Source: Eledone cirrhosa
Lineage: Eukaryota
Reading direction: 5' to 3'
DNA length: 64,000 bases
Assembly: GCA_964016885.1 (NCBI GenBank)
Contig: OZ024745.1
Location: forward strand, 102,176,001-102,240,000
The notes beneath the pieces are model-generated. The model was not told where the DNA came from. It saw nothing but the letters and a program-made list of their open reading frames with translations, and made no database searches. The position numbers were made by a program, and so were the translations under genes. Positions 24,850 to 36,682 of this stretch are shown here, piece by piece (positions within the stretch are counted from its first letter, which is position 1; each line of letters begins with the position of its first letter).

Positions 24850-25050
24850 TATGAGGGGATGCTGAAAAGTTCTTGGCTTTAAATGTATCACCAAGTTCTT
24901 TTTACTTTTTACAGGGCTTAGAAAAACTGAAGGACTGCTACAATAAGTGTGTGAATCTGAGAGGGGGATATGTTGAATAAAATCATAATTAACTGATCCT
25001 CCTATTTTCTTTTACCCAAAGCCAGGAACTTTTCAGCTCTCCCTTGAGTA
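24850..25050 (+). mobile_element. Tc1/mariner-derived MITE
   Basis: TIRs GAGGGGATGCTGAAAAGTTCTTGGCTTT / AAAGCCAGGAACTTTTCAGCTCTCCCTT with TA flanks; the interior encodes the transposase C-terminus LEKLKDCYNKCVNLRGGYVE*. Confidence 0.85.
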
Positions 25051-25478
25051 TAATAGCCAATGTGTTGGCTGGCTGGTTAGTCAGTTGGTCCAGTGTCAGA
25101 TATCATGCTTTACATTATATAGAGAGAAGAAGAGAGAGATGCAGGGAGAATTAATATGTGGATTGAAGTAGGAATATATACATACTTGTAAAGAGTGAAT
25201 AAGTAAAAGAGACAAATGCTGAAGTGTGAAAGGCAGAATTATAGTTTTAACAATGAAAGAAGTATACAAAAGAATAGATTACTTTGTTCAGAAGATGTGA
25301 GTTCTTTTGTCAATAAACTCACCAAAGAACTGCTTATGGGTGATTTTAGTGATTTCTGAGAAACATATAATTGGTGAGCTCTCACCTGTTTAGGGATGAG
25401 TAATCCAAAATGTTTTTCATGTTTTATATTATTCTACAGTTAATGTTTTTATCTAATTTTAATACATCTATTGTTTAG

Positions 25479-25675
25479 CCCTTTAGCATTTAAACCAGCC
25501 ATATCCAGCCAGAATTCCCTCACCACTTTCTGTTCAAACTGGCTGTAACTGGCCTCTCATACCAACGTAAATAAATACCATACTCAAAATCTTATAGATT
25601 CAATATTATGTGAGATAAGGCCTTTGCTGTGAAAATATAATAGTATGTATAGAGTATAATGTAAATGCTAAAGGG
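25479..25675. mobile_element. piggyBac-type MITE
   Basis: CCCTTTAGCATTT...AAATGCTAAAGGG|TTAA. Confidence 0.85.
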
Positions 25676-26822
25676 TTAATGTCCTTGACCTTATATTACT
25701 TTGTTTTTTTCCAGCCCCACATGCATTGCAACGTTTATGTTCATAACATTTATTGTGTTTTGTTAGCCTTTGTGGCTAATAGATGAAATACTTATTATTG
25801 TTGTTGTTTGGAAAATGATATTTTAAGTATATATCTTTGTTATCTTTCAGCCATGAGGCCTACAACCTGTGTAAAAAGACCATTTTGATGACCATTGTCA
25901 AAGTGTGAAGCATGAGATTGTGCTTGTAACTGAAGGTGTAAATGGTCTGTTAATACTAAAATGGGCAGCACTGTGGAACTGTCTCACTTACTCAACTCAA
26001 TCACCAAAGAAAAACTTTATCTGTAAAATTCGTCCAAGCCAGTTTAGTATTTGTGAAGCCATCTATATAAGCTGTTGCCATGCCTCTTAAATTCTGCTCA
26101 ATGTTCTATGCAGTGATGGATACTTTTCACAACAGCTTCTTGCCAATAAGAAAGTCAGATATTCATTGAATAACTAACAATCGGTATACAGCAGTGAGGT
26201 TACCATAAAAATGAACAGGGTACAATGAGGAAATGTTGCTATTTCATCTGCTGTAATATTTTATTCAAATAACATTACTTGCACAAAGAAAAACACACAC
26301 ATACATATTTCTGACGGAACAGAACAAAACCAACAAGAATTTTTCTAGAGTTACCTGTTACTATGTGTTATCTTTATTCATTTGCTCATGAATTTGCATT
26401 ATTATTTTCAAATTAAATTTATTTCTTATCGATATATTCCTTCCTTTTTCTTGAAAAACGTTTTGAAATGTTTATATCATATTTGAACTATTGTCAAAGA
26501 ATGGAGACAATAAATGGTATTGAATTTTTCCAGAGAAAAATCCTAGTGTTTCTTGTTGGCAGGGAGACAAATTATTTTGGTCATTTGTTTTATATTATCG
26601 CCAGAAAAGCTCTGCCCTTCGAATATAGAGAAAATAACAGTCCGAAATGCATAATACGTTGAATTAATATTAAAAATACATTAAATATACATGAATGTAT
26701 AGAATATATAAGAAATACAGAAACATTCAACTTACGATCAGAGGTATATCCATTACAAAGGAGAATTAATATAAGTCTATCGAACTAGACAAACTGAGTT
26801 TGTGCTAGTACGTTGAACTTAC

Positions 26823-26960
26823 CCACTCGCTCAATGAATTCACGGGACTTGCACTTCCAAAGCGCCAGTCCATGATTCACATTTAGTTAGTTTAAGTTCG
26901 GGATTGTGTACGGGTGTAAACAATTTAGCCCGGACCAAACAAAATCATTGGTTTCTACTC
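26823..26960 (-). promoter_or_regulatory. Candidate CpG-containing promoter/first exon (-); ATG 26873 opens MDWRFGSASPVNSLSEW up to the donor
   Basis: Consensus donor TGG|GTAAGT at 26823/26822, CCAAT near 26947-26951, raised CpG/GC in non-repetitive sequence. Confidence 0.4.
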
Positions 26961-27486
26961 TGTGTCCTGTGCACTACGGTGCAATAACTGCACCCAGTAC
27001 ACAGAAGCCGCGCATTAAATCTAGACTTGTCTGGAAGGAATGGATGCAGCCACAATCAACACAGAATTTCATCAACGAGAGCGATCCTCTCCCTATCTAC
27101 AGAAATCAAGACACCAACACCATGCACACCTTCCAGACACACGTCACACACACATTTATATTTCTGTCCTTTTCTTTCTCTCACTATGTTCACACCACAT
27201 ATATCCAGTCTTCTATTCCCTGCCTCCAATATTTCTCCCATCTCCCTGTCAGCGTCCCTACATTCCATGCCCCAAACCTCATATACTAGACTCCAAAAGT
27301 AACATCAGGCATTTAACTTTTGACAAGATAGGGTGAGAACTCCCACAAAGTACTATGTTATATTTATCATGAGATGCCTCATAAGTCATGGCTTTATGGC
27401 TGGATACCTTGCCTTTCCTGATACCAACTCTTTTAGTGCCCTTTTACAACAGGCTGATATATCATCATTACCATTTAACATTAAAG

Positions 27487-27775
27487 CAAGGTCCCCAACC
27501 ACTAGGCTGTGGACCGATACTAGTCTGTGAATCATTTGCTACTGGGCCGCAAAGAAATAATTAAATTGTTTAAAATTATATAATAGATAAAGTGAACATT
27601 GGACTTTAATTTAAAAAGATTTATTTAAATATTCAATATTCATATACTCAATACTATCTATCATAACTAAGTACATTTCATAATTAATGTATATTTTATG
27701 TGCAACTACGAGTCTGCAGAAAGATTGTCTGACCTGAAGCTGGTCCTTGGTACAAAAAAGGGTTGGAGACCACTG
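27487..27775. mobile_element. hAT (Charlie-like) MITE
   Basis: Ends CAAGGTCCCCAACC ... GGTTGGAGACCACTG. Confidence 0.7.
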
Positions 27776-28721
27776 GGTTAGAGTACCACAGTGTGTCTAT
27801 ATTTATATAGAAATCATTTAAATGAATCAATGTCAATGAAATGTGTTTTGCCAGTGAGGAAAGTTGATAAAGCTGGTGATGATGTTTCTCCACAAGATAT
27901 TATTGATTATACCAATATTAGATAATAAGCCTTTTTGTAATAATGATTAATTTCAATACATTTTATCCTTTAAGCAAGCTCTTTGCTATCTTTTTACACA
28001 ACTCCTCTAATTGCTGTAGAGGGCAATGGGAAAGAAAATATTAAATACAAATACATTTTATAGAATTTCTTCTTTCCTTTAAATTGATATTTATGTATTG
28101 GATTTAGAAGAAAAATAGCAGATTAAGAAATCCTTATTGTCAATATTTGTGTTGCAAGAATTTATGCAAGAAATAAATCAACTCTCTCTCTCTCCCTCTC
28201 TCTCTCTCTCATACACACACATAAATAATGTCAAACAGTCACACAACCAGCTAGAATTAGCAACCAAGTATCCCACAAGCCACAATTTATAATCTTTAAA
28301 AAATACATATTGTATAACCTCGATGCATACTGCCTATACAAATGAGAGAGTGGCATGTAATATTTTCAATTCTTTTGATTATAAATAATTCAGCTCCATC
28401 TTGGCTGTCCTTGGGCTAAACAACAACCACAACAATAGTGTAAGCACTTCTATAGTAAATTTATGAAACATTTTTTGAGAATTCATTTTGGTTTGGTTGA
28501 TTACACATTCCAATACCCATGAAAGGAAATCTTCTTTGAGGCAGACATACCCTTTCCCTCGTAATGATATAAATGGTGAGTGGTGAGATAGACAACTGAA
28601 AAGGTGTATTAGTACAATCAAGTTGAATCTTAATTGATATCTAGTCATTTATAAGGTGTTCACCATTAGAATTGTGATTGATAAACATAGTTGCCTTCTG
28701 TTCATGATATCTTGTATTCAG

Positions 28722-28765
28722 ATGCTGGAGCCAGTTCAGCCTTTCATCAGTGAATGCCAGCACAG
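28722..28765 (+). other. Candidate 44-nt exon (+)
   Basis: Acceptor CTTGTATTCAG and strong donor CAG|GTAAGA; more GC-rich than its flanks. Confidence 0.3.
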
Positions 28766-28837
28766 GTAAGAGAACCAGTATATACTCGCTTTAGTAGAAC
28801 AACAGTTTTATGATAGTTTGTGATCAGTCTTGCTTAA

Positions 28838-29045
28838 CCCTTTAGCATTTAAACCAGCAATATCCAGCCAGAATTCTCTCACCTCTTTCTGTTCAAACTG
28901 GCTGTAACTTGCTACTCATACTGATGGTAAGTTATTGTTCTCAAAATAGATAATATCAAAATCTCTCAGATTCGATATCATGTGAGATAAAGCCTTTACC
29001 GTGAAAATACAATAGTATATATAGAGTAATGTAAATGCTAAAAGG
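28838..29045. mobile_element. piggyBac-type MITE
   Basis: TTAA|CCCTTTAGCATTT...AAATGCTAAAAGG|TTAA. Confidence 0.85.
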
Positions 29046-29552
29046 TTAAGACTACAACATTCCTTATATTCCATAGGATATGAAGATATAACCTAATATT
29101 GAACTAAGAGAATTATTTGAGTCAAAGAGGAAACCTCTATGTGGTAGCTCATGTGGCTGAAAACAGTAGCAAATCTCTCTCAAATCACACTCAACTATCT
29201 TATAAAATGATGAACACAACAGAAATAAACATAAATACCAGATTATTGACATTACCAGAAATCGTAAAATAACAAAATATACTAACTTGAAGATTGGAAT
29301 TGCAGGAATATAGTCAATATCACTGAACAACATCAAACTAATTCCAGTTTTCATAGAAGCTTTAGATTTTATACTATTAAAACTGAAAGAGTTTCTTAAG
29401 CATATAAGGGACCTCAAATAACAAATTGTTTAACTACAAAAGATTGATTTTGCGAGCACTGCACATATACTCAGGAAGTACTGTCTGTTTAAGGTCCTTG
29501 TTGAAACACAACAGGCAGAAGATCCAGTAATTATCATATTTACTGTGCAAAC

Positions 29553-29807
29553 CATCATCATCATCACCATTTAACATCCTAGCATGGGTCAGACGAGTTG
29601 CCCCATTTTGAGACAAGCCAAGTCTGATGACTATGTCTTGCTCATACAGAACTGGTTTGGGCTTGGTTTCTACAGCTGGATGCACTTCCTAACACTAACC
29701 ACTTTACAGTGTCTGCTGGGTGCTTTTTGTCATGAGACCTATGCGACCACTTTACAGTTTGGACTGGGAGCTTTTTGTCGTGACATCTACACAACCACTT
29801 TACATCA
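29553..29807 (-). mobile_element. RTE-tail non-autonomous element (family C) with internal ~45-bp tandem units
   Basis: (CAT)n, the CTACAGCTGGATGC motif and repeated ACCACTTTACAG...CTGGG units; relatives at ~22050, 37140, 43926 and 61490. Confidence 0.7.
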
Positions 29808-30055
29808 ATAATAATATGGATTTCTAGCATTGGTATAAGGCCAGCAATTTGGGGTGAAAAGAAAATCAACAGCAGTGTTAGCAATCAAGATGACAGCAAC
29901 AGTTATATTTTGGGGAGGGAGAAAACAACAATGATGAAGATCATTATAATAAATATAATAGCAATAACAGATTTTAACAGTTTTGGTAGTAATTTATAAA
30001 GCTTATGTAGATCTAATGATTAGATATATATTTTGTTTTACACTGTTGACAATAC

Positions 30056-30232
30056 AGATAATGATGGTGATGGTGATAGTGATGATGATGATGGCAGTGG
30101 TGGTAGTGAGGATGATGATGATGGTAGTGGTAATGATGATGGCAGTGGTGGTGGTAGCGATGATGAATGGTAATGGTGATGATGATAGAGGTAGAAATGG
30201 TGGTGATGATGATGGTGTGTGGAGGATAATGG
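30056..30232. repeat. Degenerate (GAT/GGT)n low-complexity tract
   Basis: Read directly; explains the poly-M/V/H/T ORFs. Confidence 0.9.
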
Positions 30233-31229
30233 CAACATTACATACCTTCTTCATTGAGACACTCAACACTTTTTTCCATTTCCTTTGCCAAGAAAAAAAA
30301 CAAGCATTTAATGAACACACACATAAAAAAAGTAAACAATACTTACAGCTGTTCAAACAAATAGGAAACATAACACCTTTCTTTCCCTCTTTATCTATTT
30401 CCTCATCAACAATGTAATATTAATACTGAGGTGGAATATCTGTTTACAACCTCTCTAATTTACCTGTGATTTAGGAGCAGGTAAGCTTACATCAGAATAT
30501 TTTTACCTACAAGACTATTCTCTTGATAACAGGTATTCTTTTAAAACTGTTTAATCAGGGATGGAAGGGAGTACCCATGCCTCTTTTCAGGGCCTCCAAG
30601 AACTTGTTTTATATGAAATTAGAAATTAACCCCAAAAAGCTTTTTTTTTAATTCTTAACCTGTACCATGCAAGACTAAATCCAATAAAATCTAATGTGCA
30701 CACCAAACATGTTTATGTTTGTTGTTACTTCATGATCCTAATAGTCAATAGTGAGTGTGAGGATGGTGAAGGAGGTGTTTTGAAAGAGTCAGTCTGTAGT
30801 GCCCCCACCCCCTTGCGGGGGACATCAAGACTAAAATAAGAGTTGCGTCCCTTTGTGACGGTAGTGACCCCTGGTGTCACCTACAGGAGGTAAAAGGAGT
30901 TACCTCCTCTTGGCCACTATAAGTAAGAGGCTGAAAGATCAACTCTCTCTCTTTGACGCTTCGCAGCAGTCTCGTTAACAACACGCCAGAATGCAGAGCA
31001 AATCCTCAACTCACCAACAGCCTAAGAAGACTCCAGCCTCCTCACTATGAATGGTAAAATATATGTACGTTTCATTATTCACTTCTATGAAGTAAACCAG
31101 TATAAACACACACTACTATTCTTATTCTTTGTACAATTGTAACACAAATATGTTTACTAATACCACTCATTCTAAAAGTCTATTTCTTGGGTTTGTTGTT
31201 TTCTGAATGGCCATCTCCATTTCAATAAC

Positions 31230-32700
31230 AGTATGTAGTGAAAGGTTTCAGTGACCCAAGATGTCAGATGTTTCCATTGCTATCAGTTTGTTGATAAACC
31301 TATTGGAAAATATCGAGCACATTGTTAAAGTTCTTTGTCAGAGCCATGCAACATATATCAAATTTGAGTTGTGATTTCAATGAGTTGAGATCCATGCTAA
31401 GTTAGGAAAGCATAAAGTGTATTAAAGAAGCTAACAAAATAGAAAAGAAAGCAAAGGAGGAAAAATCTCAAATTGTCATTTCAAGATTAGGAAATCTTGA
31501 TTATTTCCACATAATTGCATATTTTTCCAATGTGACACTAGAGGCTTATCATTCTAGATGGTAACAGCAATAACTATATACCCATTACTTGGTAATCCAA
31601 AAACATAAGAAGAATTGTCAAAAATATGCTAGCAGCAAAAGCTGTGGCAATGAGTGACATGGGAAAAGCATGTTTTTATAGAAAGCTGTTACATCATCAT
31701 CAGCATTGTTTTTATATCCATTTTTTCATATTGGGTGAGATTTTTTCTTTGACCAGATGATTTTCCTGATGCTAATCCATATCTCATCCTAAGTATAGTT
31801 TATGCCACTAACATTTGTCAAAAATTGTTATGCTGCTAGACATATGTTTTATGACGGACATATACAAATGTCACCAGAGGCTTTAAAAAAAGAAATGTTG
31901 ATATGGGGTTTCATAATGACTAGCCTGCACACACATGCACAAATATATATATATCCACCAGTCTTACTCACAAGGGATAGGTCAGCTGTAGTTGAAGTCA
32001 TTTACTGAAGGTGCCACACAGTGGAATAGAAACCAAACTCTCATGATTGTTAACCACACAAGTTTGCTTGCAGCTCTGTAATATGATATAATATATTTAA
32101 ACGAAGATGATGATGATGATCATCATCATTTTATCATTTTCATTTCATTTTACGTCCGCTTTTCCCTGCTTGCAAGGGTGGGACGGGAACTGATTCTGGC
32201 TTGATTTCTACAGCTGGATGCCCTTCCTAACACCAACCTCATTTACAGTGAGTGTCGGGTGCTTTTTTGCCATGGCACCTCCACGACCACTTTACAGTGG
32301 AATGATAGGGACCCCAGTCCCTATCGTCTCATTTCTACAGCTGAGTAAACTGGAGCAATGTGAAATAAAGTGTCTTGCTCAAGGAAACAACACATCACCC
32401 GGTCTGAGAATTGAACTCACAACCTTTCGATTGCAAGGCCAATGCTCTAACCACTAAGCCATGTGCCTTATATAAAATAGTTAAAGGATAGTTTTGAAAA
32501 TATAAAGATCACTTGCAAAACAAACAATTTCTATTATGCAGATCACTCAACAGCACCACTTTTAGACAATAAACTTCACATAGAGATGGCTATCTTGGGA
32601 GAAAATATAGACAAAAGAAAAATTGCTGAAATTTCCTGAATACCAACAGATATATCGGTCACTGATTTCTTGACAAAACAAAGGAGGTGCTTTCTTTTTG
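31230..32700 (+). pseudogene. Decayed Ty1/Copia-type pol (RT end and RNase H), interrupted by SINEs
   Basis: PITW*SKNIRRIVKNMLAAKAVAM (~31580-31655) and LHIEMAILGENIDKRKIAEIS*IPTDISVTDFLTK (~32574-32680) resemble Copia RNase H motifs ISWxSKK...STLAAE and ADxLTK. Confidence 0.7.
32120..32468 (-). mobile_element. SINE family B
   Basis: Near-identical to 5134-5469. Confidence 0.85.
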
Positions 32701-33896
32701 GTTCCATAAATTACATCAAAGCTGAAGGGACCTCTGGTTTAATTGATACAACTATATCCTTCATTATCTATTTTACAATAAAAAAAAACTTGAAGATTGC
32801 ACTGAACAACAGCCATGAAACAAAAAACTAAAGCAAGGAAATATTGGAAGATAACATAGAGAAAGAATAGAATGACATTCATTGAAGGAGGACACCATCA
32901 CCTTTGTAACATTTTTATAATGATTGTTTTTTTTTAATCAGATTTGATTGTTAGTGTTTGCAGTTTTTAATGAATTGTAGTGTTTGCATTTAAACGGAAT
33001 AAAACAAATTAATTCTCAGCAACTGTTTCTCAAAATAACAGTTTTAATGAAAAACACTCTCTAGTTAAACAGTTGACCTCAGAGTTGTTTTCATTCTAAC
33101 AACAAAGTATCTGAGAAACTTTAAAAATGATCTTTATCTACAAATTAGGAATGTTACTATTTACAGGTATTCAGAAAAGTTTCCAAGTAATCACATATGT
33201 GCATACAGATCTTACCATTAGACCTTCTTTATTTCAGTTATCTAATGAGAAATATTTTTATGGTATCCCACATTATCATTCACAAAGTTATTTTAAACCT
33301 TATCATTGAAAATAAGCATTAACCCTTTCAACCTTCATCATTTTTATATCAAAATTTCTGCCCATTTAGTGGAGTGTACCGGTATTCATAAAATGAACGT
33401 TTGTAAGATCATTATTAGAGTGAAAGTTATTATTTTACACTCATTTGTCCATGATTTGTATGGGTTAAATGAATACCAGAGCTTATCTTAGTTTCATGGT
33501 TATTAAGCAACTGAGAATATAAGACTCCTCTTTGGATGGGATAGCAATCTGATGCAGCTCTAGTGTACAACTGTTTCTGTACCTAAGTGAACTGGAACAA
33601 CATGAAATGAAGGATATGTGCTACCAAGTGTAGGAAAAAGAATCAATGGATGCAATCTGACTGGAAACCTAACACCTAACTACTTGTGCCTTCACAAACA
33701 TCATTCTTCTTCTCCTTTTCATGTTACATCATATCTGATGGTAGATAAATATACAATGAACATTTATGACATATGTGTGTATGCTCGTGTATATGTATGT
33801 TCATTAACAATTTTTTCATACACAAAGTCTTGTCAACAACAAATTGTAATAAATGCTTTTCCTGAGACCACTACATGCAGCTGAGGTTGGTTTTAT

Positions 33897-34084
33897 TGGT
33901 GGATTGGGAATATCGGTAGAGGCTCGGACGACATTCTTTGACGCATAGTTACGGCCCTTGCCATTCTGAGGTGAAATCCCGCCGAGGTTAACTTTGCCTT
34001 TCATCCTTACGGGGTCGATAAAATAAAGTACCAGTAATGCACTGGGTAATTGTTGTCCTTGTGCCAAAAGTAGAAACAATTATT
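33897..34084 (+). mobile_element. SINE family A
   Basis: A/B boxes, family body and (ATT) tail. Confidence 0.85.
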
Positions 34085-34269
34085 ACTGGTGAGAATTCCT
34101 TGAAATTTGGTGATATTGAAAAAAGTATCATAGTAACAGAAGAATGCATTGCAAGAATGTTTTAATTTTTTTTTCCTCATTTAGGGACAAAATCATTAAA
34201 TTTTTCAAGTTTTTTTCCTGCTAATACTTTTTCAAGATATAGAATGCTTTTTTACAACCAGTAAACAAC

Positions 34270-36100
34270 CAGATTTGGATATAACAGGCATGATAGCAGC
34301 AGTCATTACACAATCAACATTCAAAAACAGTTTTACAAATCTTGGGTTGATCTCATGCAGAAACTCCTAGATGCTGAGGTGATTTTTCTGAAGACAAACT
34401 ACACATATTTTTCCAGTAGTATTTTCATCTCATCTTGGAATGTGGTAAACATTCTCAAGATTGCTTTTGGCATTGTCATTCTGATCTATTGGGTGTGTTG
34501 TTGACTGCCTGAATATTAACATAACATAATTTCTCAAAGTACCTATGGAAAGTCATCCTCCTATCAGCCTGTTGTGGAGGTGCTTTAGTACTATAGATGG
34601 CATGGGAGTTGATCACAGCCCAAATAAACATCTTTATAGTAATCTTTCGTAGCTATCTATAGGTAAATCAACAATGCTGGAGCTTAGCAAGTTGATCATT
34701 CTTTATAGTAACACCTATACACCTATTGTAACTTTTCACAGTTGTAGGGCAGAGCATTCTAACACATTTATGATCATGGACATCATACCTAAGTACACAA
34801 AATATTTGTTTTGCAATATTTCTGGTTGCGACAAAATAGTTTGTTTTTTTTTTTTGGTCACATCAGTCAAGAATGGAACAATGTCCAATGTAAAATACAT
34901 AGTGTTTCCCACACTCCATCTGGTTCTTCTCATGTATAAAAGTCATGTAAAAACCTTTCTTATTTCTGACAAATGTTGCACCAAATACTCATCCAGTGTG
35001 ATAGCAGAATAAAATTGGTCAATGTAAAGACAATAATTCTAATGAATGATGAAATTTCCATTAACACAAAATTCCTCAGTTACATTTACATCTTCACATG
35101 CTTTTTTCAAGATCTCAACTTTTATACTCTCTCCATCACATAGAAGAACAAGTTTAATTCCTCTTTTAATGGGCTTCTCCTTCAAATATTATTGTTTGAA
35201 TAGAATATTTTCTATACAGATCATTTGGTGACATGTCGATCTGGTACATAATAGCATCTAAACCTTTCATGCAATTACTCCAACAATGACCTGATCTTAT
35301 AAATCTTATCATTTTTATCAACAGTGAGGTCATTATCATTTACCATATGCAACAGTGTTCAGATAGACAAAAAGCTATCTTGAGAAATTACTTTTACAAA
35401 GCCAGAAATGTAGGTGACTTTATGCTTTACTTCCATCTGAAAGTAACTTCTATACATGTTTTTGTGAAGAAGCATTCACACTTTAATTCTGTTTTTAAAA
35501 GGATTTTTGTTCATCTTGGTAAGTGCTTTCCACATGTTTTCTTCCTAGTTGTTAGAGTTTATTTGTGTTTACTACAGCAACATTAGCGTTTGTTTCCCTA
35601 ACAAATAAGTTTCAAGTTCATCTGTACAAAAGATTTCAAATAATTCCTTTGGTATAGTATTTCCATCAAAATTTGTGAGATCTCTCACAACTATTGCATC
35701 ATGCAGGGCAAACACAGACTGAGTAAATGTAGCAACATCTGAGTCTCATCCGTGAAGTGACTGAAAAAGTTGTATAACCTGAAAGCAGGCTCATCTTATG
35801 TCATGGCAACCATATCCTTGTTCACATGCTTGTTCTGTAACATATCCCCTCTTACTCCTCTGCCTACAACTATCTGGTACATCATCTCCCTATTTTGTAG
35901 CCACTGGAGGGGGCAGTCAGTACCAATATCAGAAAACTAAGTAGCATCAAAATGGTTGTTAAGAGAGTTGTAAACAAAGCTATCGCCATTTATGGGTTCA
36001 TTTTTACTTTCAATATTCCCACACTGATCGCTTGAGTCTGCTTCCATGATCAGCGTTATCAAAGTTATCATAGATTTTAGGCTGAAAATTTCCAGAAACA
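34270..36100 (-). pseudogene. Decayed piggyBac transposase
   Basis: Minus-strand motifs DKIYKIRSLL, YLKEKPIKRGIKLVLLCDGES, LYIDQFYSAITLDEYL, YNRCIGV and a C-terminal CVVC; many stops and frameshifts; boundaries approximate. Confidence 0.8.
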
Positions 36101-36622
36101 ATATTGATTTCAAAATCTCCTGGGTCCAATAAATCACGCACATCCTATGCACTGATTATAGCAAAAATTAGCTGTAATCAACTGGACTTTATTAAAGCAA
36201 ACATTCACAGAAAACAAATCAATTCATTATCAAGGCTTCCTTTACTGTAGCTTCCTTCCACTGGAATTTCTTGGCACTTATTCACCCATATATAATGTAT
36301 ATAATGTATATATATAATATAAACGTTAACATTTCCATAACATATGCTAACTTTACTTAACATATATCTCCCATCAGACTTCTATTTATAAAACCCATTA
36401 CTTTTAAGTTTGAAATAGAAAACAAAAGAAGAAAAAAGAAAATGACTGCTTTACCAGATAAGATATCTAAAAGTTAATTTCATAAATGTCTATTATTACT
36501 ATCTGAATTGTAACATCTCAATAAGAGAAGCTTCTTTGTTTCTTGTAGCAAAATCCATCAAAATAATTTTTTAAAAGTTTTCGTGAAAGAAATGAAAATG
36601 GCAAAAATAGAATGAGTGAAAT

Positions 36623-36682
<60 letters not shown>

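Noticed and set aside
28700-28756. Minus-strand CTGATGA...GAAT as a hammerhead
   Set aside because: No GAAA and poor stem register; the plus-strand exon reading fits better.
29983-30417. Long M/V/D- or T/I/H-rich ORFs
   Set aside because: Trinucleotide low-complexity sequence.
32218-32457. Apparently conserved peptide LQLSKLEQCEIKCLAQG, repeated at 58329
   Set aside because: Antisense translation of SINE family B copies.
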